A stretch of 63,561 nt of DNA from Dicyema japonicum (Eukaryota > Animalia > Dicyemida). The position numbers and the translations under genes are program-made. The notes under the pieces were generated by a model, which made no database searches, was not told the DNA's origin, and saw only the letters and a program-made list of their open reading frames with translations. Shown one piece after another: positions 63,056-63,561 of this stretch; positions within the stretch are counted from its first letter, which is position 1, and every line of letters begins with the position of its first letter. The stretch covers positions 198,239-261,799 of the forward strand of contig RDEW01000027.1 of assembly GCA_011109175.1 (NCBI GenBank), read 5' to 3'.

Positions 63056-63561
63056 TTATTATTAGCACTTTCACGAGAGCCATAATATTTATAGCCCCGC
63101 ATGTGCAGCAAAAAATATGAGAATTAGCTAGGTTGCTCCAAGCTCTTCTGTTCTTTGCTAGGTCCCTCAGTGAGTCCAGATCGTCACCAGATGCCAATGT
63201 TTTCTTCATGGCTTTCAGATCGTTTTGTAGAACGACCGGGAGGGTAATTCTCGGTCTTCCACGAAAGCGTTTTACATTGGAGGAGTAGTAATCTTCCATT
63301 GCGATATTCGGAGGGGATATCGGGTCCAACCTCAGGACATGTCCAAATAGTCTCCAAAGAGAACTAATGATCTCGTGGCTTATTGGTGTACAGTCACACT
63401 TATTGTACAGTTCATTCCGCGAGATCTTGGATGGCCAGGACATTCCAGTTATGTTTCTTAGATGATTCCTGTGAAATGAGTCTAGCCTCTCCAATTCCTC
63501 TTTAGAGGTGGCCCAGGTCCCAGAGTTGTATAGTAGGATTGGTTTGATGAAGGTGTCGTAT
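63056..63561 (-). mobile_element. RTE LINE 3' part running off the window edge
   Basis: WRLFGHVLRL...FRGRPRITLP...AW; terminal AAGTGC(TAA)n. Confidence 0.9.

Noticed and set aside
1-63561. Fanzor/TnpB, Cas, recombinase or viral genes
   Set aside because: No RuvC, Cas, tyrosine/serine recombinase or capsid motifs were recognised in any frame; most remaining track ORFs are antisense shadows of genes or transposons.

Overview
Eukaryotic nuclear DNA: AT-rich, packed with decayed transposons, and interrupted by scaffold gaps (N at 31664-31709, 40901 and 51240). It is not prokaryotic and has no CRISPR array, rRNA gene or true tRNA gene. The ORF track misses most real genes because they are split by tiny GT-AG introns; I reconstructed 45 such introns by hand, all 21-28 nt. 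Host genes are a Y-box/cold-shock protein, BBS5, a type I membrane C-type lectin, RFC2, RPL36, RPA2, a BRD7/9-like bromodomain protein, a miniature GON4L-like PAH protein, a GH27 alpha-galactosidase/NAGA homologue and an orphan type II membrane protein. Metazoan-type genes, a ciliary BBSome gene and ~24-nt introns together suggest a dicyemid mesozoan (inference only). The rest consists of non-LTR retrotransposons (APE-type I/Jockey/Ingi-like, RTE, R4-like and CRE-like), DNA transposons (two Tigger/pogo, a CGGBP1-like hAT, a FLYWCH-MULE), a tRNA-headed SINE in three copies and a ~10 kb tandem duplication that may partly be an assembly artefact. The best leads are: (1) an intact, secreted GH27 whose active site, including the acid/base Asp, is almost entirely substituted; (2) a SINE with a conserved four-way-junction RNA core and interchangeable RTE-type tails; (3) in-frame stop codons in 11 of 12 introns whose length is a multiple of three; and (4) a stripped-down GON4L. 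All alignments to human proteins were done by eye from remembered sequences.
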